Below are positions 50,501 through 63,394 of a DNA stretch of 64,000 nucleotides, in pieces (within the stretch, counting starts at the first letter, position 1; each line of letters starts with the position of its first letter). Origin of the DNA: Lingula anatina (Eukaryota > Animalia > Brachiopoda); the NCBI GenBank assembly GCA_051362555.1, contig CM120642.1, forward strand, positions 3,720,001 to 3,784,000, written 5' to 3'. A program made the position numbers and the translations under genes. The notes below the pieces were generated by a model. It had not been told where the DNA came from, did not search any database, and saw only the letters and a program-made list of their open reading frames with translations.

Positions 50501-53500
50501 CTGGTGTGCTGAAATGGAAGAAAAATAAAAAATATGTCATCTTTTAAAGTCATACAGAATCACACTGTGAAAGATATTCTTTTGTTTTTGTTGAATTTTT
50601 GTTGATTTTTAAAAAAATAAATTCTCACAGTGAAAATACCAATGCTATTGTAATTCACAGTCAACTAGATCACAAGAAATATGTCAGAAATTCTCTAATT
50701 ATCAGCTTCATTAAGTTTGTACATCACTGTAGCTAAAATAAAATTAAATACATTAGTGAGGCATTCATAAATGTTGTTGTTTTTTCTTCCAGGTGTTAGT
50801 ATCAAACAAGAACCTTTCTCCCCTGCTCTATCTCATACCTCAGATTGCTCTGGTGACTCCTTCCTTCAGCAGGTAAGAAATATTACTTGATGCCTGGATT
50901 TAAAATGAAGTCTGCAATATTCACTATTGTAATGAAGTTGTGCTGTTTTGTTGTTTATTAGTTATTCATTTTCTCCGTGCAGCATTTGTATTTAAGCATC
51001 TTGTTAAAACTCTTTAAATTTGTGGGTCTGGTTTAAATTGGTATGTCTAAGAAAAAAACAGGTTCAAGGAAATAACCTTTTACTCTGATGGAAATTCATG
51101 TGTGTAGTAAGGTTAAGTCATTACATAATCGCACAATGTTTGATTTCTATACAACTATTCTGCAACCTACCCCAAGATTTTTGTGTCACTTCATCAGTAA
51201 TGTAGGAACTGAGTAATGAGAATATAAACGTTGTTGTTGCAGACCCCCCTTGATCAGCTGCCATTACTGAACCAGTTTGATGTGAAGCTTGAGAGTCCTC
51301 CTCCAACTCCTCCCCAAGACAACAGTGACAGTGCAGTCCAGTATATACAGCCTTCAGCCATTAGTTGTGGTGTCACATTCCAGAAGGGGGCAGCAGCAGC
51401 AGCTCAACCCGCACACAGCAAGCCACACATTACCACAGTAAAACTGACACATGTAACGGGACTGAACCCAGACAGTAAGCCACTGCCACCCGAAGTTGTC
51501 AATGTGTTGAATTCTAAAGTGAAGATACAGCCCAAGTTACCCAATAGTTCTGCCTGCGTAACCCCTGCACCCTCCCCACCGCCACCAACGCCACCTGGTG
51601 TAGCACCTGGCTCACCCTGTGCAGGTAGTCAAGGTAAGATGTAGGATTGGTGATGAAATCTCAGTGTTTGTGTTAATGTGGAAACCATGAGTTCTTTCTT
51701 TGATGTCATTTACACCAAAACCAGTACGAATCTGTGTATAATGCAGATTATGGTTAGAAGACAAAAGACTTTTTTTCCTCTTGATTATTAGTGAAGAAGA
51801 AGACTGTCTAAATTTAAAAGTATTTTCCTCTATGTTAGGCACAGCTGCCTCCAAACCCCTAGTTCTCACAGCTGAAGAGTTTGCCCGGCTTACTGCCCAG
51901 GGAGTACTGAAGTTCCATCCCCCAGAGCAGGAGGCCAACAAGACCAACAGCTCAGTAGCACAGTGTATCCCAGTACCACAGGGAGAGGATGTGAGTGTTT
52001 GGAAATGATAGCCTGACTTCTACAGCCAACATGGGCTAGCTCCTTAAATATTAAAATGTTGTGGCCTAACTTCATTGGCAGTTGATTGAAGTTTACTGTA
52101 CCAGTCAAAAATGGTGTATAGATGGGTCTGTTCATTTAGGGTCAGAGTCTGATAAAAATGCATATGTGATAGTTTGAAAAAAAAAAAAAAAACAAGCACA
52201 CAAGGTACCTGAAAGTCTGGGTAGCCTTTTCCCAGGTTGTAGTAGTTTGATAAGTCTATTTTAGATGCATGCCAGCAACATTTTCAGTTGTGACCAGTTT
52301 TAAGAAAAGTCATTCAAATGATGGTTGAAGTTTTCACGTATTTGCAAGTGAATTTAGATGTGATTCAATGATAAATGATTTGTTTCTTGTTATTGCTTTG
52401 TGCAATTTTGGTATATCAAATTATATCAGAATTTTATTACCAAGTTTTAATATGTCTAATCCATTTTGTCCACACAGCCAAGAGTTTGGAAACGACAACA
52501 GAGAATGATAAAGAATAGAGAATCTGCAAGCTTGTCAAGAAAAAGGAAAAAAGAGGTATATTTCATAATATATTAAAGTGGTTCTTACAAACATTGTGTT
52601 TTTAAATGATTTGAGAAAAAGTTGAAAACTGACTTGAAAACAGCTGAAAAAAAGCACCTTGTGGAACTAAGGCCTTTATATGATTGGATGATGGGAATTT
52701 TAATCTGGATTTTGACACGAAAAAATAAATAATGCCAACAAATTTTGATGTAAACTTTCTGCATTCTATCATTTTTGTAAAGTAATTTTTGAAAGGGATA
52801 TGAATTTGATTTTGTTAAACATGAAACATGTCACAGCAGCATAAACACATCTGTTTGAAAAACAAAAAAATGTATTTGATATGTAATGTCTTAACACTTA
52901 TTTGAAAATAAAAGTAATAGAAAGCAAAATATTTTTTTCAGTACATGACTACAATAGAAAATCAACTTCAAGAGATTTCAAGAGAGAATGAGAAACTCAG
53001 ACAAGAGAACCAGAATTTGAAAAGAAAACTTAGTTTATTAAATTCAGAGGTAAATATTCTGTAATTAGAACACTTCAAATAGATATTTAAAATTCTGTGC
53101 AGTAAATTTTTAAGGAGAATTTTATATCTAAGTCTCCTGCATGATTTCATTTGTATTTTGTGTCAACTATATTTATGTCCACTTGTCTATATCTATTTGT
53201 GTTTATGTATTTATTTTTTAAAAGAATCTGTTAGCATTTTTGTTAAATTTTTCATTAATTTTAATCTATTTTATAAATTGATTGACTTAGGATGAATGTG
53301 CACTCTAGATTACATTACAGTAATATATATAATTATGGATTAAAATTACATTATGAATTTTCACATTAATTTATAATGATTTGTCATCCACTTTCCTATT
53401 TCTAGAACATGGCATTAAAGCGCAGCACAGGTTCAACAAAGGTGACAGCCACCTGCCTACTTACAGTTCTCTTCATGTTTGCCCTCAATTTGGGGCCCAT

Positions 53501-56181
53501 AAAGTAAGTTAACCTGCTGACATAAAATAAACAGTCTCTTAAGTTAACTTAAGTATCAAAAAGCTACAAAATTTATTTTGTTGTTTGGAGGTTTTCACAT
53601 GATTTTTACTATTATATTAAGCAATGCCTGTTTATTTTTGAGACGTAGAAGAAATAGATCTAGAAGAAAAATTGCCAAAATTTGAATTTTCTGCCATGGA
53701 AATGGTTTTTTGATTCAACTTGTGCTGATACAATTTGTATTATCCATATATTCCAGCAATTTAGTATTTAAAAGCTCATCAGAAACCAGCCTAGCTGCCA
53801 TTCCAATGAGTTCGGTCCATCCTGGAGGTGGGCGCCATCTATTAACCTATGATGAAACTATGCAGCAGCCCATTAGTGGGAAGTATTTCCCAAGGAGCAA
53901 AGCAAGCTTTGAAGACATTGAGAGCACATTAGCCGAACTGAAGAGGGGATTTGAGAGAGAAAAGTTTTTCAGAAAAAATAAAGACTTCATTGCATTTAAT
54001 AGTGAGCTGGAGTCCCTCTGTCCAGTGTACTTCAATAAAACTGAATCTCAAAGGTAAGCATGGAATACAACTGTGATTGTTTTTATTATCTCTGCTTGGG
54101 GAATGACCCCCATTCCTCCTTGTCAACCTACTCATCTGAAAAATGAGTGAATAAGTGTGTTTTTGATTTTGTTGCACTGGCTTGTCAGTTAAGCTTGTAG
54201 AGAAGCTGTTCCATTTCTTTGTTTATGGGTATGTTTATGTGCATTTAAGACCATAATAGCACAATCTGCCTCTTAGCATTTGTCAGTGTATTTTATTTCC
54301 CTGCTGGGAGCACATTTGAAAGTGCTTGCAAAAAATCAACCTCAGTGTTCTTATTGGATATGTTTTCGTGTAGGCTGTGTGTGTGTGTGGGTGTGGGCAC
54401 GCGTGTGTGCATGTACATGGATGTATGGGTTCTCGCCTGTCTTTATAACATATGTATAACCACTGTGTTCCAGGCTGGCTAACGAGCTGACGGGGTGGGT
54501 CTTGGCACACAAAGAAGCCCAAAAGAAAAAGAAAATTTTAGAAGAAAACATCAGGGAAAAGAAGGCTGTTGAGGCCAAGAACAGAAAACCTACCAGGAAG
54601 AAGTATGTGAAACCAAAGACATTGCACGCCATGATGAAAGGAGATTTGGACATTAAATATGCAAAGGATAGGTGAGTTGATATTTCACAGCTGTCACCAT
54701 AAGGTGAACATAGGATTAACGTCTGATTGTATCAGCATTTCTACTTTGCTTCTCACCTCCTTTTTTCAAACAAGTAATTGTTCTACTTCAGTTGTCTTTA
54801 TCAGGGCTTTAAGTCAGCTGTCACTTAATGCAAAGGAAATTTACTCTGTGACTGTGAAACATATTCCTAAGGCTGTTTTAATTTCTTTTATCCAACCTGT
54901 TGTAGTTATAATTTGTGTTTCACAGCATATATTCCCAGTTGCCTTGTTACACAGTTTTTGGCTGTAATGGAGAAACATAGCATAATTTCAACAGCAGCTG
55001 CTTATCAGGTTATTGATGTTGATGTTTCTCCTTTGCCCTTTCAGTTACCCTGGCAGTAGCCAGTATCAGGTTCAGGTCTTCAACAGCCCAGACAAGAGCT
55101 ACATGGATTTCTTGGATTCCATTCACAGAAGAAATGACACATTTTACGTGGTGTCTTTTAGAAGGGTGAGTTAAACCAAGATGTGTTCTCTTTGTATATT
55201 GAACTTTCTTTAGAAGTGTGTGCATGCATGCATATTTCAGTGTGAAGATGTTTGTCTTTATACACCAAATATTAGATCAGTGTTTGTGATATGTGATTCC
55301 AATCTGTCAGTCAAGCAGGACTTTCGGTCATAGAATTAATTATCTTAATCTTCTAATAATTTGCAAACTGAGGTCCATTTCTATCAGAGGTTCTATTATG
55401 TCTGAACTTTGGCTCATTTCATTTGTAATAAAACTCAGGTGGGTAAAGATTGTAATAATTTATGGCATTTATTGCTTGTATAAAGTACATTCTTGTTTTT
55501 ATTATATTTATATTTTATATATTTCCTGTGTTCTAGGATCATCTTCTCTTGCCAGCTGTGGCTCACAATAAAACCATGCGGCCCAGGATGTCCCTGTTGA
55601 TGCCTGCACTGCCACTGAATGGTGAGAAACGCCACAGATTTGGTTACTTCATATTAGTTCCTCTCCAGTTATTTATTACACAATGAAAAGTGTGCACACG
55701 GGGCACCTGTCACTTCTGAGTAGATTGTTGAAGTGTTGTTTGGGTTGCAATAGAATTATTTCAGTTTCAGGCTCGTAACTGATTATTACGGAAAAATTTT
55801 TAAGTGTTTAGGTATTTTCTAAGAGGAAATGCCTATTACAATGCTTCTTCTTATACTACCTCTGCTTATAGTAAAGATTATAAAAGTGGTCATAATGATG
55901 ATGATAATCCCATCTTAAAGACATGTGATTTTAAAACTCTTGTAATTATCACAAATTGAAATCTAAAAGGTCTGTTCCCTGTTCCAGAGACTATGCAGCC
56001 CCCGCCAGGTGACATGGCCATGATGCAGATAGACTGTGAGGTGATGAACACGCGACTCTTGCACATCAAGAACACCGCTGTGCCGTCTTTTATGAAAGAA
56101 CCTCCCAGCAACCTGACGCACACTGTCGTAACAAACACGGAGACTCCAGACCATTTGCCGCGAGAGGAAGTGATTCCATAA
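44560..56181 (+). CDS. ATF6: Cyclic AMP-dependent transcription factor ATF6 (membrane-tethered bZIP UPR sensor), multi-exon
   Basis: Exon 1 (44560-44632) [12 protein letters not shown]; DNSSDSG and IKQEPFSP motifs; b[35 protein letters not shown] (~52480-53049); [17 protein letters not shown] (~53450); S1P site RHLL (53833-53844); lumenal motifs [52 protein letters not shown] and [12 protein letters not shown]; stop at 56181. Confidence 0.93.
50032..50246. mobile_element. PIF/Harbinger (Tourist-like) MITE in an ATF6 intron
   Basis: TTA on both sides (50029-50031 and 50247-50249). Imperfect TIRs ggctgtattcccagag..tttagatcgatcta / tagatcgatctaaactctggaaatggggtc. Repeated palindromic tagatcgatcta motif. 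Confidence 0.7.
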
Positions 56182-58924
56182 GAGAGACTGTTACGTACCT
56201 GAAGCTTTGAAGTACTTGTTGCTGTGAGGAAAAAAAGGCAAAAAGGGCAAAACGAGACTCAGGCAAATTTCTGCAGTTTTTCAGTGTAGTCTTTTCAGGT
56301 TTGCTGTACAATACCTCAGTGACATTGTAAGTGCCTCGACATTGTAAAAATTGTAAAAATATTGGGTCAAGCAAAGCATAGACCAGGTTAATACTATGAC
56401 AGCTGTGAAGATGTAAGTTGTGCTATAGTAGAGGGAGAATCTCTCTCACAGTTCACTGACCACAACAGTTGGTGATTTCCCATAATAATGGCAGCACATT
56501 CCATATTGTAAACATCATAGACTCGGTCTTTCTTTTTCTCTTTCTTTGTATTAGATTAGACATTTTTTCATTTTGTTTCATTCTTGGATAATAGAATGAT
56601 TGTGAATTAAGTATAATTGTTTTCATGATTTCATTTATTTATTAATTATTAGAAGAGTAAATGCAGAATTAGGCAAAGATTTAGGCAAGGCAGTTATTTT
56701 TTAAGTGATGTCCAGGGCTCCAGAGACTTCTTGAGATTTTGTATCCATTCAGGATCCAGAAATTTAGACAGGTGACAGATTGCTCAGAGGTTCTGGTACA
56801 TCATTCATTATACTCTCTTGATATATGTGTCATATTTGTATGTTTTTTTTTTTTTTTTTACATAAGCCATTTCAGTTTTGCAAAGCTAATATATAGCGTT
56901 GAGTTATATCTAAATCATGGTGAAAAGTAAAGAAATTAGAGAGGTGCATGCTTATGGAGGAGGATTTTTTATCTACTGGATTCTCCTTTTTTCTGTTGTT
57001 TTTTCTTCCTGAATTTTATATGTGGTAGACCTATCCATATAAATATCCTTATGTTTTCTAGTCCTTGGTTTCTAACAACCAGATTTGACAAATAGTTTAT
57101 TAGAGTTTTATGAAAGAGCCCTTCAGTTTTTATTTCTTTACATTTTTATACGGTGCATATAGTTATAGATTGTTGTTGTGTGGACTAAAGATGCATGATG
57201 AATGCAAGTTTTGTGGTCTTGTAAAGATCTCAGATGACAAATCTTATAAATATAACCATTGATATTTATGAAACGGTGTATCATATTACAATATTGATTC
57301 CTTCTGTGAGGGAAGACAAATAAGATTTTTTTATTGTTGTTATTAACAGTTGAGAATATCATTTTAGTAGGAGTAAGATAATAACTTCAGATGTAGGTGG
57401 ATGATTATTCGGGATAAATTATTTGTAGTTTTTTGACATAGTGTACTTTGTGCCTGGGATAGTCTTCTTTTAGATTGTAACTCAAGTCTTGTAATTTACT
57501 TATGTTTTTTTTAATTAATTTTGATTATGAAATTTGATGTGTATTATATTGTTGTAAATGGGTAGGGTGTAATCATGGTGAAATTATCTATTTGTTTTTA
57601 TATATATGCATTAGAATGTGTCTCAAATGCAAGATTTCAAAGTTGTCTCTGTAAAAACATGTAAGTCTATGTTCAGTAAAATATTGGAATCTGTTTAAAG
57701 TGAAAAGAAGTATCTAGATTTGATTGTTGTTGAATTTTACAGATGGAAAAAACTTATTAGTATTTTCACATTTTAAATATGTTTCGGAAAACAACATTAT
57801 TATTATTATTATTATTAGAAGGGGGTGCGTCCAAGTGCACTTCAATATCTGAATACTAAATTTATTTACAATTTGGTTTGTCAGGATAGACTAATCTACA
57901 GTTATGATAGTGCAATTGAAGTTTGAACATTTTCTGAACCAGTTATGGTAAAAAATTAGAGGTCATCAAACATAGTGCAATTTTAGAATATCAAGATTTT
58001 AATGCATTGTTTCTGTTGTAGGTTTGATATGTTTATATAATGTGTGAAGTCAATATTGCTATATTCAAGAGTTGATATGATGTAAATAAACTGGGCAATC
58101 ATTGGAATTTGAGCATAACGTGAAATTGATATTGAGCACAAATTTGTTCCTTATTTCAAATGTGATTTTAAAGACACAACTGTGGCTGTTTTACACATTT
58201 TGTGTGTTAGCTGAGCTTTTAAGATATCATACCAAATCATTCATATTTAATTTGTTTAGCTGGGATTGAGCTTGAATCCCGTGTTCAGCACTCGGTGAAT
58301 ATTCATTGGTGAAAGAGAGTATCGAGCTAGCAAGGCATTCCTGCTCTTACTTTTCTGCTTCAAGTATGTGTAATGTTATTTTCACATTTTGACTATGAAA
58401 TTCGTAATACTTTTTGGTTGACAAGGGATTATAATAAATACTTATTTCTGTAAAGAATGTGGGTATTATGCATGCTTTATGTGTACCAACTGGTTGTAGT
58501 TACAGTGGACAAGACATGAATGTAGTTTTCATGCCACACTTACAAACGTCTCAAAGAATACATTTCACCATATTTCATGTCTACCATACGTACCCTGATA
58601 TATGACAAAATTTTGAAAACACTGCGAAATGACAACTGATCACTTCAATGAACAAACTCCAATAATTCTCATTTTTATAGCTTCCAGAAAAAAAGCTTGT
58701 TTTGGTTAATATAATTGTCTACTTTTCCCTTTGCTGAAACGTTTTCGTTGACGGCCAGTATATTTTAACTTAACGTAATTTTATGGAAAGCCACACGGAG
58801 TTAGTTATAGCTCAATTTAAGTTCGAGATCTGTGGCACCAATAAAAGGACTTTTAACTGAAGAGAAAGGAAATAAAATTGTCGACGCAGATGTAAACTTT
58901 CTAAAGTATACCGTATTATTATGC

Positions 58925-59127
58925 AAAAGGTAATTTGCTAGGTCCCACGGGCGCCCTCATTCGTTCTCGTCTGGTGACATCCCGATTCAGGGGCCAGGTC
59001 GTTGTCGTGATGGACTGACGTGCCTCATCCGGGACTCGAACCCGTGACTTTGCGTTACCAAGGTTGATGACGTTTTGGATGTCTCATTTGCATCCATGCA
59101 CGCTACCGACTGCTCCGTGACGGACCC
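58925..59127 (-). ncRNA. Putative ~200-nt Pol III RNA (tRNA-related promoter boxes, paired ends), copy 1
   Basis: A-box-like CGGAGCAGTCGGTAGCG, perfect B box GGTTCGAGTCC, 5' GGTCC(GT)CACGG complementary to 3' CCGTGGGACC, then TTTT. TATAAG about 35 nt upstream. Confidence 0.5.
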
Positions 59128-59199
59128 GCCCACCCTCCGTACGTGCGAGTTTCTTCTTATAGTAATCAATCGCAATTTTTAATAAAAATCAATTCTGGC

Positions 59200-59293
59200 A
59201 AAAACACTCACACCGTTGCTGCTGCGACTCGAACCGGCGTCCGTGCGTCTGCTGGTTGGCAAGACAGCAGAGTTACCACGCAGCCACGACAGC
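59200..59293 (-). ncRNA. Putative ~94-nt vault-RNA-like Pol III RNA, copy 1
   Basis: A-box TGGCTGCGTGG followed by TAACTC, B-box GGTTCGAGTC, terminal panhandle GCTGTCGT-G-GCTGCG / CGCAGC-A-GCAACGGT, internal hairpin TCTGCTG/CAGCAGA, TTTTT terminator. Confidence 0.5.
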
Positions 59294-60316
59294 TCCGTTG
59301 ATACGATGTCTTCGGATGGAAACTTTCAACCTCGTCACGGAGAGCGCCAGATTTGGTGTACATGTGTAGACCTGCTGTCGCAATCGATAATCCTGGTGCC
59401 GCATTTCAGCCCACGCAACCCCAGTCCCCGACATGAACGGTAAAGTTCGTGATGTACACGAAGTCGTGTTTGACAACCCGACTCGGAGCTCGGAGTTTGT
59501 TCTATACTAAGATTGTTTTTGGCTTTACCCATGATATTAAAGAGTACAGGGGGATCAGAGGCGGTGCACAACAGGCGGGTTTTACTTTTAGCGAGACCAA
59601 AAGAGGAGAGAACAAAAAAATACAAAACATTCAAGTGTTTAATTACTGGCGGCGATTGCAGCCATGGGAATTTGGAGTAAAACATATATTTGGCAAATAA
59701 TTCCGCCGAGGAGATATCGTTTTTCTACCGAACACGGTGAACAGGTGGTATGACGTGCTGTTGTACGGCCGGAAAAGCTACAGAATCAAAACAAGTTGGA
59801 TCGTATTCATTGATAGGCCTGCTCTGTACGTTCCTAGTGAGATGACTTCGGATGCTTTTATTTTCATTTGGTTTTGCATTGAGATAACGTTTGGTTTCAC
59901 CTTTGACGTTTTAGAGCACGATGACGTCCACAGCCGTTCACACCTCGGCGGTTTTAGTATTGAGTAGTCTTTACTCTTTCCAATGTCGACTGCGGACCGT
60001 ATGAACATATGAACAGTCTTGAGAACCAAGGGCCCAAGATGGGAAAGGAGGGGCATAATGAGACAAAACGTGAGCCTGATAAAAGGAGTAGAGGTGACGC
60101 GACTTTTGTAAAAAAAAAAAAATCAGAAGTTTTCTCTCTGCTAATCCCACCAAAAAGATGGCCCATTTTGATGAAATGCAAGCCACACGGAGTTAGTTAT
60201 AGCTCAATTTAAGTTCGAGATCTGTGGCACCAATAAAAGGACTTTTAACTGAAGAGAAAGGAAATAAAATTGTCGACGCAGATGTAAACTTTCTAAAGTA
60301 TACCGTATTATTATGC

Positions 60317-60519
60317 AAAAGGTAATTTGCTAGGTCCCACGGGCGCCCTCATTCGTTCTCGTCTGGTGACATCCCGATTCAGGGGCCAGGTCGTTGTCGT
60401 GATGGACTGACGTGCCTCATCCGGGACTCGAACCCGTGACTTTGCGTTACCAAGGTTGATGACGCTTTGGATGTCTCATTTGCATCCATGCACGCTACCG
60501 ACTGCTCCGTGACGGACCC
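60317..60519 (-). ncRNA. Putative ~200-nt Pol III RNA, copy 2
   Basis: Same boxes and terminal stem as copy 1. Confidence 0.5.
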
Positions 60520-60591
60520 GCCCACCCTCCGTACGTGCGAGTTTCCTCTTATAGTAATCAATCGCAATTTTTAATAAAAATCAATTCTGGC

Positions 60592-60685
60592 AAAAACACT
60601 CACACCGTTGCTGCTGCGACTCGAACCGGCGTCCGTGCGTCTGCTGGTTGGCAAGACAGCAGAGTTACCACGCAGCCACGACAGC
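60592..60685 (-). ncRNA. Putative vault-RNA-like RNA, copy 2
   Basis: Same sequence as copy 1. Confidence 0.5.
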
Positions 60686-61707
60686 TCCGTTGATACGATG
60701 TCTTCGGATGGAAACTTTCAACCTCGTCACGGAGAGCGCCAGATTTGGTGTACATGTGTAGACCTGCTGTCGCAATCGATAATCCTGGTGCCGCATTTCA
60801 GCCCACGCAACCCCAGTCCCCGACATGAACGGTAAAGTTCGTGATGTACACGAAGTCGTGTTTGACAACCCGACTCGGAGCTCGGAGTTTGTTCTATACT
60901 AAGATTGTTTTTGGCTTTACCCATGATATTAAAGAGTACAGGGGGATCAGAGGCGGTGCACAACAGGCGGGTTTTACTTTTAGCGAGACCAAAAGAGGAG
61001 AGAACAAAAAAATACAAAACATTCAAGTGTTTAATTACTGGCGGCGATTGCAGCCATGGGAATTTGGAGTAAAACATATATTTGGCAAATAATTCCGCCG
61101 AGGAGATATCGTTTTTCTACCGAACACGGTGAACAGGTGGTATGACGTGCTGTTGTACGGCCGGAAAAGCTACAGAATCAAAACAAGTTGGATCGTATTC
61201 ATTGATAGGCCTGCTCTGTACGTTCCTAGTGAGATGACTTCGGATGCTTTTATTTTCATTTGGTTTTGCATTGAAATAACGTTTGGTTTCACCTTTGACG
61301 TTTTAGAGCACGATGACGTCCACAGCCGTTCACACCTCGGCGGTTTTAGTATTGAGTAGTCTTTACTCTTTCCAATGTCGACTGCGGACCGTATGAACAT
61401 ATGAACAGTCTTGAGAACCAAGGGCCCAAGATGGGAAAGGAGGGGCATAATGAGACAAAACGTGAGCCTGATAAAAGGAGTAGAGGTGACGCGACTTTTG
61501 TAAAAAAAAAAAATCAGAAGTTTTCTCTCTGCTAATCCCACCAAAAAGATGGCACATTTTGATGAAATGCAAGCCATACGGAGTTAGTTATAGCTCAATT
61601 TAAGTTCGAGATCTGTGGCACCAATATAAGGACTTTTAACTGAAGAGAAAGGAAATAAAATTGTCGACGCAGATGTAAACTTTCTAAAGTATACCGTATT
61701 ATTATGC

Positions 61708-61910
61708 AAAAGGTAATTTGCTAGGTCCCACGGGCGCCCTCATTCGTTCTCGTCTGGTGACATCCCGATTCAGGGGCCAGGTCGTTGTCGTGATGGACTG
61801 ACGTGCCTCATCCGGGACTCGAACCCGTGACTTTGCGTTACCAAGGTTGATGACGCTTTAGATGTCTCATTTGCATCCATGCACGCTACCGACTGCTCCG
61901 TGACGGACCC
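61708..61910 (-). ncRNA. Putative ~200-nt Pol III RNA, copy 3
   Basis: Same boxes and terminal stem as copy 1. Confidence 0.5.
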
Positions 61911-61982
61911 GCCCACCCTCCGTACGTGCGAGTTTCCTCTTATAGTAATCAATCGCAATTTTTAATAAAAATCAATTCTGGC

Positions 61983-62076
61983 AAAAACACTCACACCGTT
62001 GCTGCTGCGACTCGAACCGGCGTCCGTGCGTCTGCTGGTTGGCAAGACAGCAGAGTTACCACGCAGCCACGACAGC
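61983..62076 (-). ncRNA. Putative vault-RNA-like RNA, copy 3
   Basis: Same sequence as copy 1. Confidence 0.5.
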
Positions 62077-63105
62077 TCCGTTGATACGATGTCTTCGGAT
62101 GGAAACTTTCAACCTCGTCACGGAGAGCGCCAGATTTGGTGTACATGTGTAGACCTGCTGTCGCAATCGATAATCCTGGTGCCGCATTTCAGCCCACGCA
62201 ACCCCAGTCCCCGACATGAACGGTAAAGTTCGTGATGTACACGAAGTCGTGTTTGACAACCCGACTCGGAGCTCGGAGTTTGTTCTATACTAAGATTGTT
62301 TTTGGCTTTACCCATGATATTAAAGAGTACAGGGGGATCAGAGGCGGTGCACAACAGGCGGGTTTTACTTTTAGCGAGACCAAAAGAGGAGAGAACAAAA
62401 AAATACAAAACATTCAAGTGTTTAATTACTGGCGGCGATTGCAGCCATGGGAATTTGGAGTAAAACATATATTTGGCAAATAATTCCGCCGAGGAGATAT
62501 CGTTTTTCTACCGAACACGGTGAACAGGTGGTATGACGTGCTGTTGTACGGCCGGAAAAACTACAGAATCAAAACAAGTTGGATCGTATTCATTGATAGG
62601 CCTGCTCTGTACGTTCCTAGTGAGATGACTTCGGATGCTTTTATTTTCATTTGGTTTTGCATTGAGATAACGTTTGGTTTCACCTTTGACGTTTTAGAGC
62701 ACGATGACGTCCACAGCCGTTCACACCTCGGCGGTTTTAGTATTGAGTAGTCTTTACTCTTTCCAATGTCGACTGCGGACCGTATGAACATATGAACAGT
62801 CTTGAGAACCAAGGGCCCAAGATAGGAAAGGAGGGGCATAATGAGACAAAACGTGTGCCTGATAAAAGGAGTAGAGGTGACGCGACTTTTGTAAAAAAAA
62901 AAAAAAAAAAATCAGAAGTTTTCTCTCTGCTAATCCCACCAAAAAGATGGCACATTTTGATGAAATGCAAGCCACACGGAGTTAGTTATAGCTCAATTTA
63001 AGTTCGAGATCTGTGGCACCAATATAAGGACTTTTAACTGAAGAGAAAGGAAATAAAATTGTCGACGCAGATGTAAACTTTCTAAAGTATACCGTATTAT
63101 TATGC

Positions 63106-63322
63106 AAAAGGTAATTTGCTAGGTCCCACGGGCGCCCTAATTCGTTCTCGTCTGGTGACATCCCGATTCAGGGGCCAGGTCGTTGTTGTGATGGACTGGT
63201 CGTGATGGACTGACGTGCCTCATCCGGGACTCGAACCCGTGACTTTGCGTTACCAAGGTTGATGACGCTTTGGATGTCTCATTTACATCCATGCACGCTA
63301 CCGACTGCTCCGTGACGGACCC
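63106..63322 (-). ncRNA. Putative Pol III RNA, copy 4 (with 14-nt internal duplication)
   Basis: Boxes and terminal stem are intact; gtYgtgatggactg is duplicated at ~63185-63212. Confidence 0.45.
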
Positions 63323-63394
63323 GCCCACCCTCCGTACGTGCGAGTTTCCTCTTATAGTAATCAATCGCAATTTTTAATAAAAATCAATTCTGGC

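Noticed and set aside
1291-58700. Numerous 60-130-aa ORFs in introns and antisense to exons
   Set aside because: Low-complexity AT-rich translations or shadows of real exons, with no independent coding evidence.
58850-58885. CTGAAGA-GAAAG-GAAA in each array unit as a hammerhead ribozyme core
   Set aside because: No stem II can form between the boxes, and there is no convincing stem I or III with a cleavage triplet.
58930-59000. 5S rRNA, U7, HDV-like or twister similarity (gttctcgtctg, aatttgctag, ggtccca)
   Set aside because: Only 7-11-nt matches; the required flanking helices and conserved boxes are absent.
59021-59293. Canonical tRNA genes in the array
   Set aside because: B boxes are good, but acceptor and anticodon stems do not pair properly in either cassette; they are reported as putative non-tRNA Pol III units instead.
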